From positions 3,900 to 67,899 of the forward strand of contig CAZHFC010000016.1 of assembly GCA_964531985.1 (NCBI GenBank): a DNA stretch of 64,000 bases, read 5' to 3'. Within the stretch, counting starts at the first letter, position 1, and each line of letters starts with the position of its first letter. This stretch comes from an uncultured Bacteroidales bacterium (lineage in GTDB: Bacteria > Bacteroidota > Bacteroidia > Bacteroidales > B18-G4). A model generated the notes under the pieces. The model made no database searches. It was given only the letters and a program-made list of their open reading frames with translations, and had not been told where the DNA came from. This document shows, piece after piece, positions 20,944-31,881 of the stretch. The position numbers were made by a program, and so were the translations under genes.

Positions 20944-20984
20944 TAAACGGCACTTTAGCGTTTAAAAAAATAAAATCCTGAAAA

Positions 20985-21836
20985 ATGGCATATCAACTTT
21001 TAAAGGGAAAAAAAGGGATCATTTTCGGAGCCCTCGATGACAAATCCATTGCATGGAAAGTGGCTGAAATGGCCCGGGAGGAGGGAGCCGCTTTTACCCT
21101 GTCCAATACCCTCTCGGCACAGCGATTCGGACAGATCGACCAGCTTGCCGGAAAATGCGATTCCATTGTGATCCCGGCCGATGCCACGAATGTGAAAGAC
21201 CTGGAAGAAGTGTTTGTCAGGTCCATGGAATTCCTTGGCGGAAAGGTCGACTTCGTATTGCATTCCATCGGCATGTCGATGAACGTGCGCAAAAAGAAAG
21301 TCTACAACGACCTCGACTATAACTTTTTTCATAAAACACTCGACATCTCAGCCATTTCTTTCCACAAAATGCTGCAGGTAGCCAGTAAGCTGGATGCCAT
21401 CAGGGAATGGGGCTCAGTGGTAGCCCTGTCGTATATCGCGGCCCAGCGCACCCTCTATGCATACAACGACATGGCAGATGCCAAGTCGCTGCTTGAATCG
21501 ATCGCCAGGAGTTTCGGATACATTTACGGACGTGAAAAAAAGATACGCATCAACACCATTTCCCAGTCGCCAACCATGACAACCGCAGGCAGCGGCGTAC
21601 GGGTGATGAAAGGTCTGATGGATTTCACCGACCGCATGGCCCCGCTGGGAAACGCCGATGCCGAAGAATGCGCCGGCTTCTGTATCACCCTGTTCAGCGA
21701 CCTTACCAGAAAGATCACCATGCAGAACATATACCACGACGGCGGTTTTTCAAGCATGGGCATGAGCCAGAAGGCCATGAGCATGTACAACAGGAGTTTT
21801 GAGTGCGACTGCCCCGATGACCCGCCTGTCGATTGA
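20985..21836 (+). CDS. fabI: Enoyl-[acyl-carrier-protein] reductase (NADH), FabI type
   Basis: SDR fold with the FabI-like N-terminus LLKGKKGIIFGALDDKSIAW, and the Tyr/Lys region YIAAQRTLYAYNDMADAKSLLE. Confidence 0.8.
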   Translation: MAYQLLKGKKGIIFGALDDKSIAWKVAEMAREEGAAFTLSNTLSAQRFGQIDQLAGKCDSIVIPADATNVKDLEEVFVRSMEFLGGKVDFVLHSIGMSMNVRKKKVYNDLDYNFFHKTLDISAISFHKMLQVASKLDAIREWGSVVALSYIAAQRTLYAYNDMADAKSLLESIARSFGYIYGREKKIRINTISQSPTMTTAGSGVRVMKGLMDFTDRMAPLGNADAEECAGFCITLFSDLTRKITMQNIYHDGGFSSMGMSQKAMSMYNRSFECDCPDDPPVD

Positions 21837-22035
21837 GGATCATCTTTCGCTTTCAAGGATATCTTCTCTGATCTTCCGCCTGAGCGGTTTTCGGCCAGGG
21901 ATCACCAATACATTACGATTTCACAATCCATTACCAAAAATTTTGCGATATCTGTTCCGGATTTTTACTTATCTTGGCGGGGTATAAGCAATCACACATC
22001 GTTCAACCATTACTAACCGCAATAAAATTATATCT

Positions 22036-23178
22036 ATGATCGGATTCGAACTTGAAAAAAAACACCTTGAGATCATCGAAAAGTACAAGGACTTTACCAA
22101 CAGATGGATCATTCCACAGCGCATGAAATGGGATGAGCTTTCGGAATTCCCCTGGGAGATCGTGAAGGCTGCCTACGACGAAAAGATCATCAACGGCTCA
22201 CTTCCTGTGGAATACGGAGGCAATGGCTTTTCCATTTTCGAGAGCTCTCTTTCGTCGGAGGAGCTTGGTTACGGCTGTACGGGCATCGGCATCTGTATCG
22301 ATGCCAGTACCCTGGCGCTCACACCCACTTTTCTGGCCGCTACCGATGAGCAGAAAAAAAGGATATATGGCGAGATGTTTGAAAAGAAGGCTGTGGCCGC
22401 CTACGCCCTAACGGAGCCCATGGCCGGCTCTGATGTGCAGGGCATCCGTTCCACTGCCATCAAAAAGGGCGATAAATACATCCTGAACGGGCATAAGCGC
22501 TTTATCACCAATGCCGAGGTTGCTGAATTCATTACGGTCTTTGCCATGACCGATCCGGAGCGTGGCTCACGGAGCCTGTCGGCTTTCATCATTCCCGCCA
22601 ACCTGCCCGGTATACAGATACTGCCAAGGCTGCAGAAGATGGGACAGCGCGCCTCCGTACAAAATGAGATCATCTTTACCGATGTGGAGATACCGCTTGA
22701 TAGCCTGTTGGGGCAGGAGGGACATGGCTTTTTGATTGCCATGAAGACTTTCGACCGCACCCGCACCGGGGTGGCCGCCGCCGCCATCGGCAATGCACGC
22801 GCCGCCTTCGATCATAGCCGTGAATGGGCAAAAAACAGGGTGCAGTTCGGTAAACCCATTGCCGCCCAGCAGGTGATCGCTTTTATGCTGGCCGATATGG
22901 CAACCAATATTGAAGCCGCCAAAACCCTTGTATGGAAAGCCGCATGGGCTTATGATACCGGGCAGCGCGACTTCTCAAAACTCTCGGCCATGGCCAAATA
23001 TTATGCCACCGATATGGCTATGCAGGTTACTGCCGATGCAGTACAGGTGATGGGAGGAGAAGGATACTCCCGCGATCATCCCGTTGAAAAGATGATGCGC
23101 GACGCCAAGCTTTCCATGATCTACGAAGGCACAAACCAGGTAAACAGGCTGGTGGTGTCGAAAAGCATACTCAAATAA
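22036..23178 (+). CDS. Acyl-CoA dehydrogenase (short/medium-chain type, 380 aa)
   Basis: ACAD motifs YALTEPMAGSDV, ITNA, and the C-terminal QVMGGEGYSRDHPVEKMMRDAK..IYEGTNQV. Confidence 0.9.
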   Translation: MIGFELEKKHLEIIEKYKDFTNRWIIPQRMKWDELSEFPWEIVKAAYDEKIINGSLPVEYGGNGFSIFESSLSSEELGYGCTGIGICIDASTLALTPTFLAATDEQKKRIYGEMFEKKAVAAYALTEPMAGSDVQGIRSTAIKKGDKYILNGHKRFITNAEVAEFITVFAMTDPERGSRSLSAFIIPANLPGIQILPRLQKMGQRASVQNEIIFTDVEIPLDSLLGQEGHGFLIAMKTFDRTRTGVAAAAIGNARAAFDHSREWAKNRVQFGKPIAAQQVIAFMLADMATNIEAAKTLVWKAAWAYDTGQRDFSKLSAMAKYYATDMAMQVTADAVQVMGGEGYSRDHPVEKMMRDAKLSMIYEGTNQVNRLVVSKSILK

Positions 23179-23208
23179 CAGGATTTATTTCCAGCCTGAT
23201 AAATTGAG

Positions 23209-23241
23209 CGCCTCCTCCGGAGAAAGGGGAGGAGCCTTCTT
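23209..23241. terminator. Hairpin terminator between convergent acyl-CoA dehydrogenase genes
   Basis: Stem ctcctcc / ggaggag with an 8-9 nt loop, followed by ccttctttt. It sits in the 63-bp gap between two convergent stops. Confidence 0.5.
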
Positions 23242-25029
23242 TTAAAAGCGGTACCTGTTATCTTCTATAAGTTTATTCGCGATCCTCCTGCGGGCAGCCT
23301 TGGTGTTTACGGGCCTGGTTTGGGTAAAGAAGTCGATCCGTTCAAGCATCACCTCTCTTTCGCTGACCTCATCAGGAAGGGAGTTGATGGCGTCGTAGCC
23401 GGCCTTGCGGATGACAGCCCCCGCTTCGTAGATCACCACGTCAAGGATGTCATTATAGACTTCACCGTATTTGGGATGACCCGTTTCCTTCATCTTTTTT
23501 ACCCGCAACATGGTTGATTCGGCGGCATAGGTTTGCATGATGACATCGGAAATATTGCAAAGCACTTCCTGCTCATTGAAAAGTTCCTTCCGGAAAGCAT
23601 CGGTGGCCACTCCCAGCAGGAAAAGGGCAGCCTTTTTGAAATTGCCCGTGCACTTTTGTTTTTCTTCGTAGCAATTTCCGTCTGTGGCCGACTGTTCCGC
23701 TTCCTTATCAGATTTTTTAACCACATGTTGTGAATAACGCACCACATCGAAGCCGACGCGCAGGGCCTTTTTTATGGTAGTATCGGCAACCAGCAGGCGG
23801 TTGATCTCATTGGTGCCTTCGAAGATACGGTTGATTCGTGAATCGCGGTAGGCGCGGTCAACATCGGTTTCGCTTGAAAAGCCCATTCCGCCGTAGATCT
23901 GAACGGCTTCGTCAACCACGTAGTTCAGGGCCTCGGAACCAAAAACCTTGAGCAGGGCCGCTTCTATGGCATACATAGCAATGGCCTCAATGGTTGCCTG
24001 TGGTTTTTCCATTCCCTCCGCCATCAGTTTTCCGGCAGCTTCATCAATATTCTTACTTACCCTGTAAACAGCCGATTCGGTGGTAAAAGTACGGATAACC
24101 TGTTCGGCCAGTTTGTGTTTGATGGCGCCAAAATTGGATATCGGCTGCCCGAACTGTTTGCGTTCGTTGGCATATTGCACCGACTGGGAGATGGCCCTCC
24201 TGGAGGCACCAAGAACGGTTCCGCCCAACTTGATGCGGCCCATGTGAAGGATGTTCAGTGCGATCCTGAATCCACCGCCCCGCTTTCCAAGCAGGTTTTC
24301 AACGGGAACTTTTACGTCATTATAGAAGATCTGCACGGTTGACGATCCCTTGATGCCCATCTTGCGCTCCTCGGCGTTGATCACGATCCCCGGCCAGTTC
24401 TTCTCCACAATAAAAGCACTGTAAACCCGGTCGTTGTCGATCTTGGCAAAGACAGTCTGTATATCAGCAAAACCCCCGTTGGTGATCCACATTTTCTGTC
24501 CGTTGAGGATGTAGTGTTTTCCGTCAGGGGAAAGCACGGCCCTGGTCTTACCCGAATTGGCATCGCTGCCGGCATTGGGTTCGGTGAGGCAATATGAAGC
24601 CGCCCATTCGCCTGATGCCAGCTTGGGCAGGTAACGTTCTTTCTGATCTTCATTGCCGTAGTAAAGGATGGGCAATGTGCCGATGCCCGTATGGGCCGAA
24701 TAGGCCACCGAAAATGAGTAGCCCGCTCCCATGGCATCGCTGGCCAGCATGGAGGTGACGAAGTCCTGGTCGAAACCGCCATATTGTTCGGGCAGCGAGA
24801 TGCCCAGCAGGCCCAGTTCTCCCGACTTATATATCAGATTGCGCATCAGGCCTTCCTCCTGGCTGTCGATGCGGTCGAGCAGGGGAAAGATTTCCGTTTC
24901 GAGGAAGCCTTCACAGGTTTGAACGATCATATTCTGTTCTTCATTCATGTCTTCGGGAATGAAGATGTCGGTATAATCCGATTCCCTGATCAGGAATTCA
25001 CCGCCACTTTCAATTTTATCCTTTTTCAT
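23242..25029 (-). CDS. Acyl-CoA dehydrogenase family protein, long form (595 aa)
   Basis: ACAD core (CLTEPNAGSDA, WITNGGFAD, QIYGGMGFSSETDVDRAYRDSRINRIFEGTNEINR) plus a C-terminal extension of about 180 aa. Confidence 0.9.
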   Translation of the reverse strand: MKKDKIESGGEFLIRESDYTDIFIPEDMNEEQNMIVQTCEGFLETEIFPLLDRIDSQEEGLMRNLIYKSGELGLLGISLPEQYGGFDQDFVTSMLASDAMGAGYSFSVAYSAHTGIGTLPILYYGNEDQKERYLPKLASGEWAASYCLTEPNAGSDANSGKTRAVLSPDGKHYILNGQKMWITNGGFADIQTVFAKIDNDRVYSAFIVEKNWPGIVINAEERKMGIKGSSTVQIFYNDVKVPVENLLGKRGGGFRIALNILHMGRIKLGGTVLGASRRAISQSVQYANERKQFGQPISNFGAIKHKLAEQVIRTFTTESAVYRVSKNIDEAAGKLMAEGMEKPQATIEAIAMYAIEAALLKVFGSEALNYVVDEAVQIYGGMGFSSETDVDRAYRDSRINRIFEGTNEINRLLVADTTIKKALRVGFDVVRYSQHVVKKSDKEAEQSATDGNCYEEKQKCTGNFKKAALFLLGVATDAFRKELFNEQEVLCNISDVIMQTYAAESTMLRVKKMKETGHPKYGEVYNDILDVVIYEAGAVIRKAGYDAINSLPDEVSEREVMLERIDFFTQTRPVNTKAARRRIANKLIEDNRYRF

Positions 25030-25128
25030 AAGATCTTGTTTTGAGCCTGCAAATATATAACAAGCCGGATATAAATAAAAATATGGATGGCATGGTTTCT
25101 GCCAAATAAGGCAGTACGGGTCTGGTAT

Positions 25129-27681
25129 TTATTTCTTTTTGGGCGGTGCGGGCTTGGCAGCGCTGGTGATCCTGACCTTCATCTCGTCCTTTTTATCGTC
25201 ATAATCAAGCCTGATAAGGTCGTTTTCGTATACTTTACGTTTTATCAGCTCCTCGGCCAGTACATCTTCCACATATTTTTGTATGGCCCTTTTCAGTGGT
25301 CGGGCCCCAAACTGCGGGTCCCATCCTTTTTCGATAATATAATCCTTGGCCTTCTGGCTGATGCTGATCCGGTAACCCATACCGCGGATCCTTTCGTAGA
25401 GATGATTCAGTTCGATTTCGATGATCTTTTCGATATCCTCTTTTTCGAGGTTTTCAAATATCACCACGTCGTCGATACGGTTGAGGAATTCGGGGGCGAA
25501 TGATTTTTTAAGGGCGTTTTCGATCACACCCCTGGCATAGGTCGATTTACCGGCTTTCTTCGCAGTGGTGGAAAACCCGACGCCCTGTCCGAAGTCCTTT
25601 AACTGCCGCGACCCGATATTGGAAGTCATGATCACGATCGTATTTCTGAAGTCGACCCTTCTTCCGAGGCTGTCGGTCAGCACTCCGTCGTCGAGGACCT
25701 GCAGAAGCAGGTGGAAGACATCGGGGTGGGCTTTTTCTATTTCATCGAGCAAGACGATGGAATAGGGTTTACGGCGCACTTTTTCGGTAAGCTGGCCGCC
25801 TTCTTCATAGCCCACATAACCGGGAGGAGCGCCAACGAGGCGTGACACCGCGAATTTTTCCATGTATTCGCTCATGTCGATACGCACCAGGGCATCTTCG
25901 GTATCGAAAAGGTACCTGGCCAGCATCTTGGCAAGATGTGTTTTACCCACGCCTGTGGGACCGAGGAAAATGAAGGTGCCAATGGGCTTGTTGGGGTCTT
26001 TGAGCCCGGCCCGGTTGCGGCGTATGGCTTTCACCACCTTTTTGATGGCTTCATCCTGTCCGATCACCGTTCCGGCCATATCTTTCTCCATGTTGATCAG
26101 CCTTTCGCTTTCGTTTGTCGCGATGCGCTGCACCGGAATGCCAGTCATCATGGATACGACTTCCGCCACGTTTTCATCGGATACCGTTTCACGATGGATC
26201 CTGGATTCTTCTTCCCATCTGGCCTTTGCCTGCTCGAGCTGGTTGTTGAGCTGGCGTTCCATATCTCGGTATTCGGCGGCTTCCTCAAACTTCTGGCTGT
26301 TGATGGCCGATGTCTTTTTGGCTTTGAGGTCTTCGATCCTGCCTTCGATGTCGATGATCTCGGCCGGCACATGGATATTGGTAATATGTACCCGTGAGCC
26401 TGCCTCGTCCATGGCGTCGATGGCCTTATCGGGGAGAAAACGGTCGCTCATATACCTGTTGGTAAGGTGTACGCATGCATGGACGGCTTCCCGCGTATAT
26501 TTTACCAGGTGATGGTCTTCGTATTTGTCTTTGATGTTGTTCAGTATCTCGATGGTTTCTTCCGTGGTGGTGGGGTCGACCAGCACTTTCTGGAAGCGGC
26601 GTTCGAGGGCACCGTCTTTTTCAATATACTGCCGGTATTCGTCGAGGGTTGTGGCGCCTATGCACTGTATCTCGCCGCGGGCGAGGGCAGGTTTGAACAT
26701 GTTGGAAGCGTCGAGGGAGCCGGAGGCGTTGCCCGCGCCCACGATGGTATGTATTTCGTCGATGAAGAGGATAATGTCGGGGTTCTTTTCAAGCTCATTG
26801 AGCACGGCTTTCATTCTTTCCTCGAACTGCCCGCGGTATTTGGTACCGGCCACCAGTGATGCCAGGTCGAGGGTTACGATGCGTTTCCCGAACAATGCCC
26901 GCGACACTTTTCGTTCGATGATGCGGCTGGCAAGGCCTTCGGCGATGGCCGACTTGCCCACGCCGGGTTCTCCGATCAGGATGGGGTTGTTCTTTTTGCG
27001 CCGGCTGAGGATCTGTGCGATGCGTTCAAGTTCCTTTTTACGGCCCACAATGGGATCGAGGCGTCCTTCTTCTGCGGCCCGGGTGATGTCGCGGCCAAAG
27101 TTGTCGAGGACAGGTGTCTTCGACTTCGAATCGGAAGGCTTGCGGATGCTGCTGCCAAACCCGCGGCCGCCTTCTTCCATTTCATCCTCCGGGGTGTCGT
27201 CGGAAAGTTCGTCGACCGGTTCAATTTTGGGGCGCATATGTTCACTGGCGGCGATGGAGTTGATCTCTTCCCTTACCATTTTATATTCCATTCCGTACCT
27301 TTTCAGGCTGCGGCTCACCAGGTTGTCGTCATCCTTGAGTATCGACAACAACAGGTGTTCCGTACCGATCAGGTCGCTGTTCATCGACCTGGCCTCCAGG
27401 TATGTGATCTTCAGCACCCTTTCGGCCTGCTTCACCACCGGCAGGTTGTCGATGCTGATATTCCTCTTTTCGGGGTTGATGATGGGCTTTTCGATCATTT
27501 TTCGGAGCTGGACGAGGTCCACCCCGAAATGCAGCATGATCTGCACGGCCAGGCCTTTTCCTTCGCGGAGTATCCCAAGGAGCAAGTGTTCCAGCCCTAA
27601 ATAATCGTTTCCAAGCCTCAGCGCTTCCTCCCGGCTGTAGGCCAGTACATCCTTTACCCTCTGCGAAAATTTTGATTCCAT
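25129..27681 (-). CDS. clpC: ATP-dependent Clp protease ATP-binding subunit, ClpC type (two AAA+ modules)
   Basis: Clp N-domain repeats, two Walker A sites (GEPGVGKSAI, GPTGVGKTHLAK), a UVR-like motif (FEEAAEYRDMERQL) and the ClpB_D2-small domain. Confidence 0.9.
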   Translation of the reverse strand: MESKFSQRVKDVLAYSREEALRLGNDYLGLEHLLLGILREGKGLAVQIMLHFGVDLVQLRKMIEKPIINPEKRNISIDNLPVVKQAERVLKITYLEARSMNSDLIGTEHLLLSILKDDDNLVSRSLKRYGMEYKMVREEINSIAASEHMRPKIEPVDELSDDTPEDEMEEGGRGFGSSIRKPSDSKSKTPVLDNFGRDITRAAEEGRLDPIVGRKKELERIAQILSRRKKNNPILIGEPGVGKSAIAEGLASRIIERKVSRALFGKRIVTLDLASLVAGTKYRGQFEERMKAVLNELEKNPDIILFIDEIHTIVGAGNASGSLDASNMFKPALARGEIQCIGATTLDEYRQYIEKDGALERRFQKVLVDPTTTEETIEILNNIKDKYEDHHLVKYTREAVHACVHLTNRYMSDRFLPDKAIDAMDEAGSRVHITNIHVPAEIIDIEGRIEDLKAKKTSAINSQKFEEAAEYRDMERQLNNQLEQAKARWEEESRIHRETVSDENVAEVVSMMTGIPVQRIATNESERLINMEKDMAGTVIGQDEAIKKVVKAIRRNRAGLKDPNKPIGTFIFLGPTGVGKTHLAKMLARYLFDTEDALVRIDMSEYMEKFAVSRLVGAPPGYVGYEEGGQLTEKVRRKPYSIVLLDEIEKAHPDVFHLLLQVLDDGVLTDSLGRRVDFRNTIVIMTSNIGSRQLKDFGQGVGFSTTAKKAGKSTYARGVIENALKKSFAPEFLNRIDDVVIFENLEKEDIEKIIEIELNHLYERIRGMGYRISISQKAKDYIIEKGWDPQFGARPLKRAIQKYVEDVLAEELIKRKVYENDLIRLDYDDKKDEMKVRITSAAKPAPPKKK

Positions 27682-27981
27682 GCTTTATGTTTCTGTCACG
27701 ATGTTTATGCTTTACTAAATGGTAACAAGTGAACCACAGTCTCTGTTCACCGCCTGACATTTTCGTACATCCGTCAGGCAGGCTTGATCTTACCACCAGG
27801 TAAACACACTCCAAAGATACTTACATCGGCTTCGATAAACCGACATTTTGCAAAGATACTTATTAACAGAAATCTGTTAAAAATAATCAGGCCCAAAAAT
27901 GGCTGAAATTCGCTAATTTTCACTACTTTCGTGACCTCTAAACAATACACGGAACAGCTTTTTAATAATAATGAACGGAAG

Positions 27982-30474
27982 ATGAACGAAGGAGAAAAAA
28001 TTATCAGGGTCAACATAGAACAACAGATGAAATCGGCCTACATCGACTATTCCATGTCGGTGATCGTTTCACGGGCACTCCCTGATGTGCGCGACGGGCT
28101 CAAGCCTGTTCACAGGCGGGTCTTATTCGGCATGCTCGACCTGGGCGTGCTCTCGAACAGGCCTTACAAGAAATCGGCCAGGATCGTAGGGGAGGTGTTG
28201 GGGAAATACCATCCGCACGGTGATTCCTCTGTATACGACACCATGGTGAGAATGGCACAGGACTGGTCGTTGCGCTATCCGCTGGTCGACGGGCAGGGCA
28301 ACTTCGGTTCCATCGACGGCGACAGCCCGGCAGCCATGCGTTATACCGAGGCACGCATGAAAAAGATAGCCGAAGAAATGGTGGCCGACCTCGATAAGGA
28401 CACGGTCAACTTTCAGCTTAACTTCGACGATACCCTGGAAGAACCCTCCGTGCTGCCGGCCGCCATCCCCAACCTGCTGGTGAACGGCGCCTCCGGAATA
28501 GCCGTCGGGATGGCTACCAACATGGCCCCGCACAATCTTACGGAAGTGATCGACGGCATTGTAGCCTACATCGGCAACAACGACATTACAATACCCGAAC
28601 TGATGCAGCACATCAAGGCCCCCGACTTCCCGACGGGCGGGATCATTTACGGTTATGAAGGGGTGAAGGATGCATATGAAACCGGCAGGGGCAGGATCGT
28701 GATCCGCGGCGAAACCAGCGTGGAAGACATGGGCCACGGCAGGGAACGCATCATCGCCACATCCATCCCGTACATGGTGAACAAGGCCGAACTGATCAAA
28801 AAAACAGCCGAACTGGTCAATGATAAGAAGATAGAAGGGATCAGCGACATCAGGGACGAATCCGACAGGTCGGGCCTGCGTATCGTGTATGAACTGAAAA
28901 AAGGGGAGATCACCAACGTGGTACTCAACAAGTTGTACCAGTTTACACCCCTGCAATCGTCCTTCAGCGTCAACAATATCGCCCTCGTCAAAGGCAGGCC
29001 GATGATGCTGAACCTCAAGGATATGATCAGGCATTATGTGGAACACCGCCACGAAGTGCTGACAAGAAAAACCCGTTATGAACTCGACCAGGCCGAGAAA
29101 CGGGCCCACATTCTTGAAGGACTCCTCATTGCCCTTGACAAACTCGATGAAGTGATCGCCCTGATCAGGGCTTCCCGTACGCCTGAGATTGCCAGGAACG
29201 GCCTGATGCAAACCTTTGAACTGAGCGACCTGCAGGCAAGGGCCATACTCGACATGCGGCTTCAGAAACTCACCGGCCTGGAAAGGGATAAGGTGCGTGA
29301 AGAACATAACGAGCTGATGGAAAAGATCAAATACTTCAACAGTATCCTTGCCGACGAAGGCCTCCGGATGAGCATACTGAAAGAACAACTGCTCGAAATA
29401 AAAGAAAAATACGGCGATGCCGACCGTACCAGGATCGAATATTCGGCCGACGATTTCAGGATTGAAGACACCATACCCGATGAAGAAGTGGTGATCACCA
29501 TCTCACACCTGGGATACATCAAAAGGACCAAACTCAGCGAGTATCGCCGGCAAAACCGGGGGGGGAGAGGCGCTAAAGGAAGCAACATCCGCGACGAAGA
29601 CTTTCTCGAATACCTTTTTGTGGCCACCAACCACAATTATATGCTGTTCTTCACCGAAAAAGGCAAGGTGTTCTGGCTCAGGGTCTTTGAGATCCCCGAA
29701 GGAAGCCGCACATCCAAGGGGCGTGCCATACAGAATATGATCAATATAGAACCCGAAGACAAGGTGCGGGCCTTCATCAATGTGAAAGACCTGAAAGATG
29801 AAGTCTATATTAAAAGTAACTTTATCATCCTCTGTACTTTAAAAGGAACCATCAAGAAAACTTCGCTGGAGGCCTACAGCAGGCCACGGCAAAACGGGAT
29901 CAATGCCATCAATATCCATGAGGGCGACCAGTTGCTTGAAGCAAGGATGACCGATGGCAAAAGCGAAGTGATGCTGGCATTGAGGTCGGGGAGAGCGATC
30001 CGCTTTAATGAAGGGACTGTCCGCCCCATGGGCCGAAATGCAGCGGGTGTTAAGGGAATAAAACTCGGCGATGACAAAAACGATAAAGTGATCGGAATGA
30101 TCTGCATTTCCGGGCAGGAATCGGATGTGCTGGTGGTATCGGAAAACGGTTATGGCAAAAGATCCGGACTCGACGACTACCGCATCACCAACAGGGGAGG
30201 TAAAGGCGTGAAAACCATTAATATAACCGAGAAAACAGGCAAACTCATTGCCATAAAGGATGTAACCGATATGGATGACCTGATGATCATCAATAAATCC
30301 GGGCTCATCATCCGCATGGCGGTCGAAAGCCTCCGGCTGATGGGACGCGCCACACAGGGTGTGCGACTTATCAACCTGCGGGATGAGGATGCCATTGCCG
30401 CTGTAGCCAAGGTCGAAGTTATTGATAATGATGAAATTGAAGAGGAAACAGCAGGAGGGGAGGAAGAAAATTAA
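27982..30474 (+). CDS. gyrA: DNA gyrase subunit A
   Basis: The active-site Tyr lies in [10 protein letters not shown], and the QRDR reads [18 protein letters not shown]-terminal beta-pinwheel repeats and an acidic tail are present. The ATG at 27982 is preferred over the GTG at 27931. Confidence 0.95.
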   Translation: MNEGEKIIRVNIEQQMKSAYIDYSMSVIVSRALPDVRDGLKPVHRRVLFGMLDLGVLSNRPYKKSARIVGEVLGKYHPHGDSSVYDTMVRMAQDWSLRYPLVDGQGNFGSIDGDSPAAMRYTEARMKKIAEEMVADLDKDTVNFQLNFDDTLEEPSVLPAAIPNLLVNGASGIAVGMATNMAPHNLTEVIDGIVAYIGNNDITIPELMQHIKAPDFPTGGIIYGYEGVKDAYETGRGRIVIRGETSVEDMGHGRERIIATSIPYMVNKAELIKKTAELVNDKKIEGISDIRDESDRSGLRIVYELKKGEITNVVLNKLYQFTPLQSSFSVNNIALVKGRPMMLNLKDMIRHYVEHRHEVLTRKTRYELDQAEKRAHILEGLLIALDKLDEVIALIRASRTPEIARNGLMQTFELSDLQARAILDMRLQKLTGLERDKVREEHNELMEKIKYFNSILADEGLRMSILKEQLLEIKEKYGDADRTRIEYSADDFRIEDTIPDEEVVITISHLGYIKRTKLSEYRRQNRGGRGAKGSNIRDEDFLEYLFVATNHNYMLFFTEKGKVFWLRVFEIPEGSRTSKGRAIQNMINIEPEDKVRAFINVKDLKDEVYIKSNFIILCTLKGTIKKTSLEAYSRPRQNGINAINIHEGDQLLEARMTDGKSEVMLALRSGRAIRFNEGTVRPMGRNAAGVKGIKLGDDKNDKVIGMICISGQESDVLVVSENGYGKRSGLDDYRITNRGGKGVKTINITEKTGKLIAIKDVTDMDDLMIINKSGLIIRMAVESLRLMGRATQGVRLINLRDEDAIAAVAKVEVIDNDEIEEETAGGEEEN

Positions 30475-30628
30475 GAAATGGCCCAAATGCCCTGCAGCCG
30501 GGGATTAGAAGGCTGATAGGGAATTCAGGGTGCAATCTGAACTGATAATTATGGCAGGAATTTTGGTATATTCGTTAAGGAATATATACTTTTGCCTTTA
30601 TGAAATAAAACCAAAAAAAATTACAGTT

Positions 30629-31777
30629 ATGAAAAAATTGATCATCCTGCTTTTCGCCATCGCGATGGTTTCAGGCCTGCAGGCACAAAACTCGAAACGG
30701 ACAAGTGCATTCAACTACCTCAATAACGGGGTACTAGACAAGGCCAAGGAATATATTGACCCGACCATCACCCACGAAAAGACCATGAACGTTGCGAAAA
30801 CATGGTTCTACAGGGGCAATATCTACCTGCAGATCGCACTGAGCGACAATCCCGAATACCGCGCACTTGACCCCAACGCTTTGTATGTTGCCTATGAATC
30901 GTATAAGAAGTGCCTGGAATTGGACGACAGGGGAGAATACACTGATTTTGTTTACCAGAACTTCCGGGTGATCGCCTCCAACTATTTTAACCAGGGTGTT
31001 GCCGCATATAACCAAAGTGCCTATACGGATGCTTCACAGTTTTTCCTCAACACCTACAATATTTCCAAAGATTTTGGTGTTACTGATACCCTGGCCTTGT
31101 CAAATGCAGCGCTATCCTATGACATCGCCGGCGAATCCGGGAAAGCCCTTCCCATATACCTTCAGCTTATTGAGATGGGGTATAAGGATCCCATCGTTTA
31201 CAATGCCGTTGCCAACATCTATCTCAACCAGAACGATACCACGCTGACCGAAAAGTACCTGGTCGAAGGCAGGGCAGCATTTCCCGAAGATTACCAGTTG
31301 CTCATCACCGAAACGAACCTGTTTCTTTCCAGGGGGGAAAATGAAAAGGCCATCGACAACCTTTTACAGGCGCTTGAAACCGATCCGATGAACAAAACCA
31401 TCTGGTTCGCCCTGGGCACGAATTATGAAAACACCGGCAACATTGACCAGGCCGAGGCAGCCTACCAGAAGTGCCTCGACATCGACCCTGACTACGCCGA
31501 TGCCTATTACAATATGGGCGCCATGTACAACAACCAGGCTGCCGAGATCATGGAAGTTGCCAATGAACTGCCGCTTGATGCAGTGAAGGAATATGACGAA
31601 GCAAAGGCCCGCGCCGACACCCTGCTCGAAAAAGCGCTTCCTTACCTCGAGAAATCCGATGAGCTGAACCCCGGCAATCTTGCCACGCTGCAAACACTGA
31701 AACAGATCTATACCATCCTGAACCAACTCGAAAAGTTACAGGAAATAAACGATAAGATAAAAGAGATCACTCAATGA
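30629..31777 (+). CDS. Secreted tetratricopeptide (TPR) repeat protein
   Basis: Signal peptide (MKKLIILLFAIAMVSGLQAQ) and several TPR-like repeats (for example AEAAYQKCLDIDPDYADAYYNMGAMY). Confidence 0.75.
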   Translation: MKKLIILLFAIAMVSGLQAQNSKRTSAFNYLNNGVLDKAKEYIDPTITHEKTMNVAKTWFYRGNIYLQIALSDNPEYRALDPNALYVAYESYKKCLELDDRGEYTDFVYQNFRVIASNYFNQGVAAYNQSAYTDASQFFLNTYNISKDFGVTDTLALSNAALSYDIAGESGKALPIYLQLIEMGYKDPIVYNAVANIYLNQNDTTLTEKYLVEGRAAFPEDYQLLITETNLFLSRGENEKAIDNLLQALETDPMNKTIWFALGTNYENTGNIDQAEAAYQKCLDIDPDYADAYYNMGAMYNNQAAEIMEVANELPLDAVKEYDEAKARADTLLEKALPYLEKSDELNPGNLATLQTLKQIYTILNQLEKLQEINDKIKEITQ

Positions 31778-31881
31778 TATCTTAAAGGCGATCACAGCCT
31801 GCACCAAAGGAGGGAAGATGTAGTTTTTCTCTCCTTTGATTTAAAAGGGCTATTTAACATAATATTAATTATGAGACAATA

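Noticed and set aside
26525-27604. 359-aa plus-strand ORF
   Set aside because: It is antisense to clpC. Its Ser/Arg/Leu-rich translation has no motifs.
28123-29388. 421-aa ORF on the minus strand
   Set aside because: It lies entirely antisense to gyrA, whose product is unambiguous. The translation is low-complexity and rich in His, Gly, Val and Asp with no motifs, which is typical of a shadow ORF.
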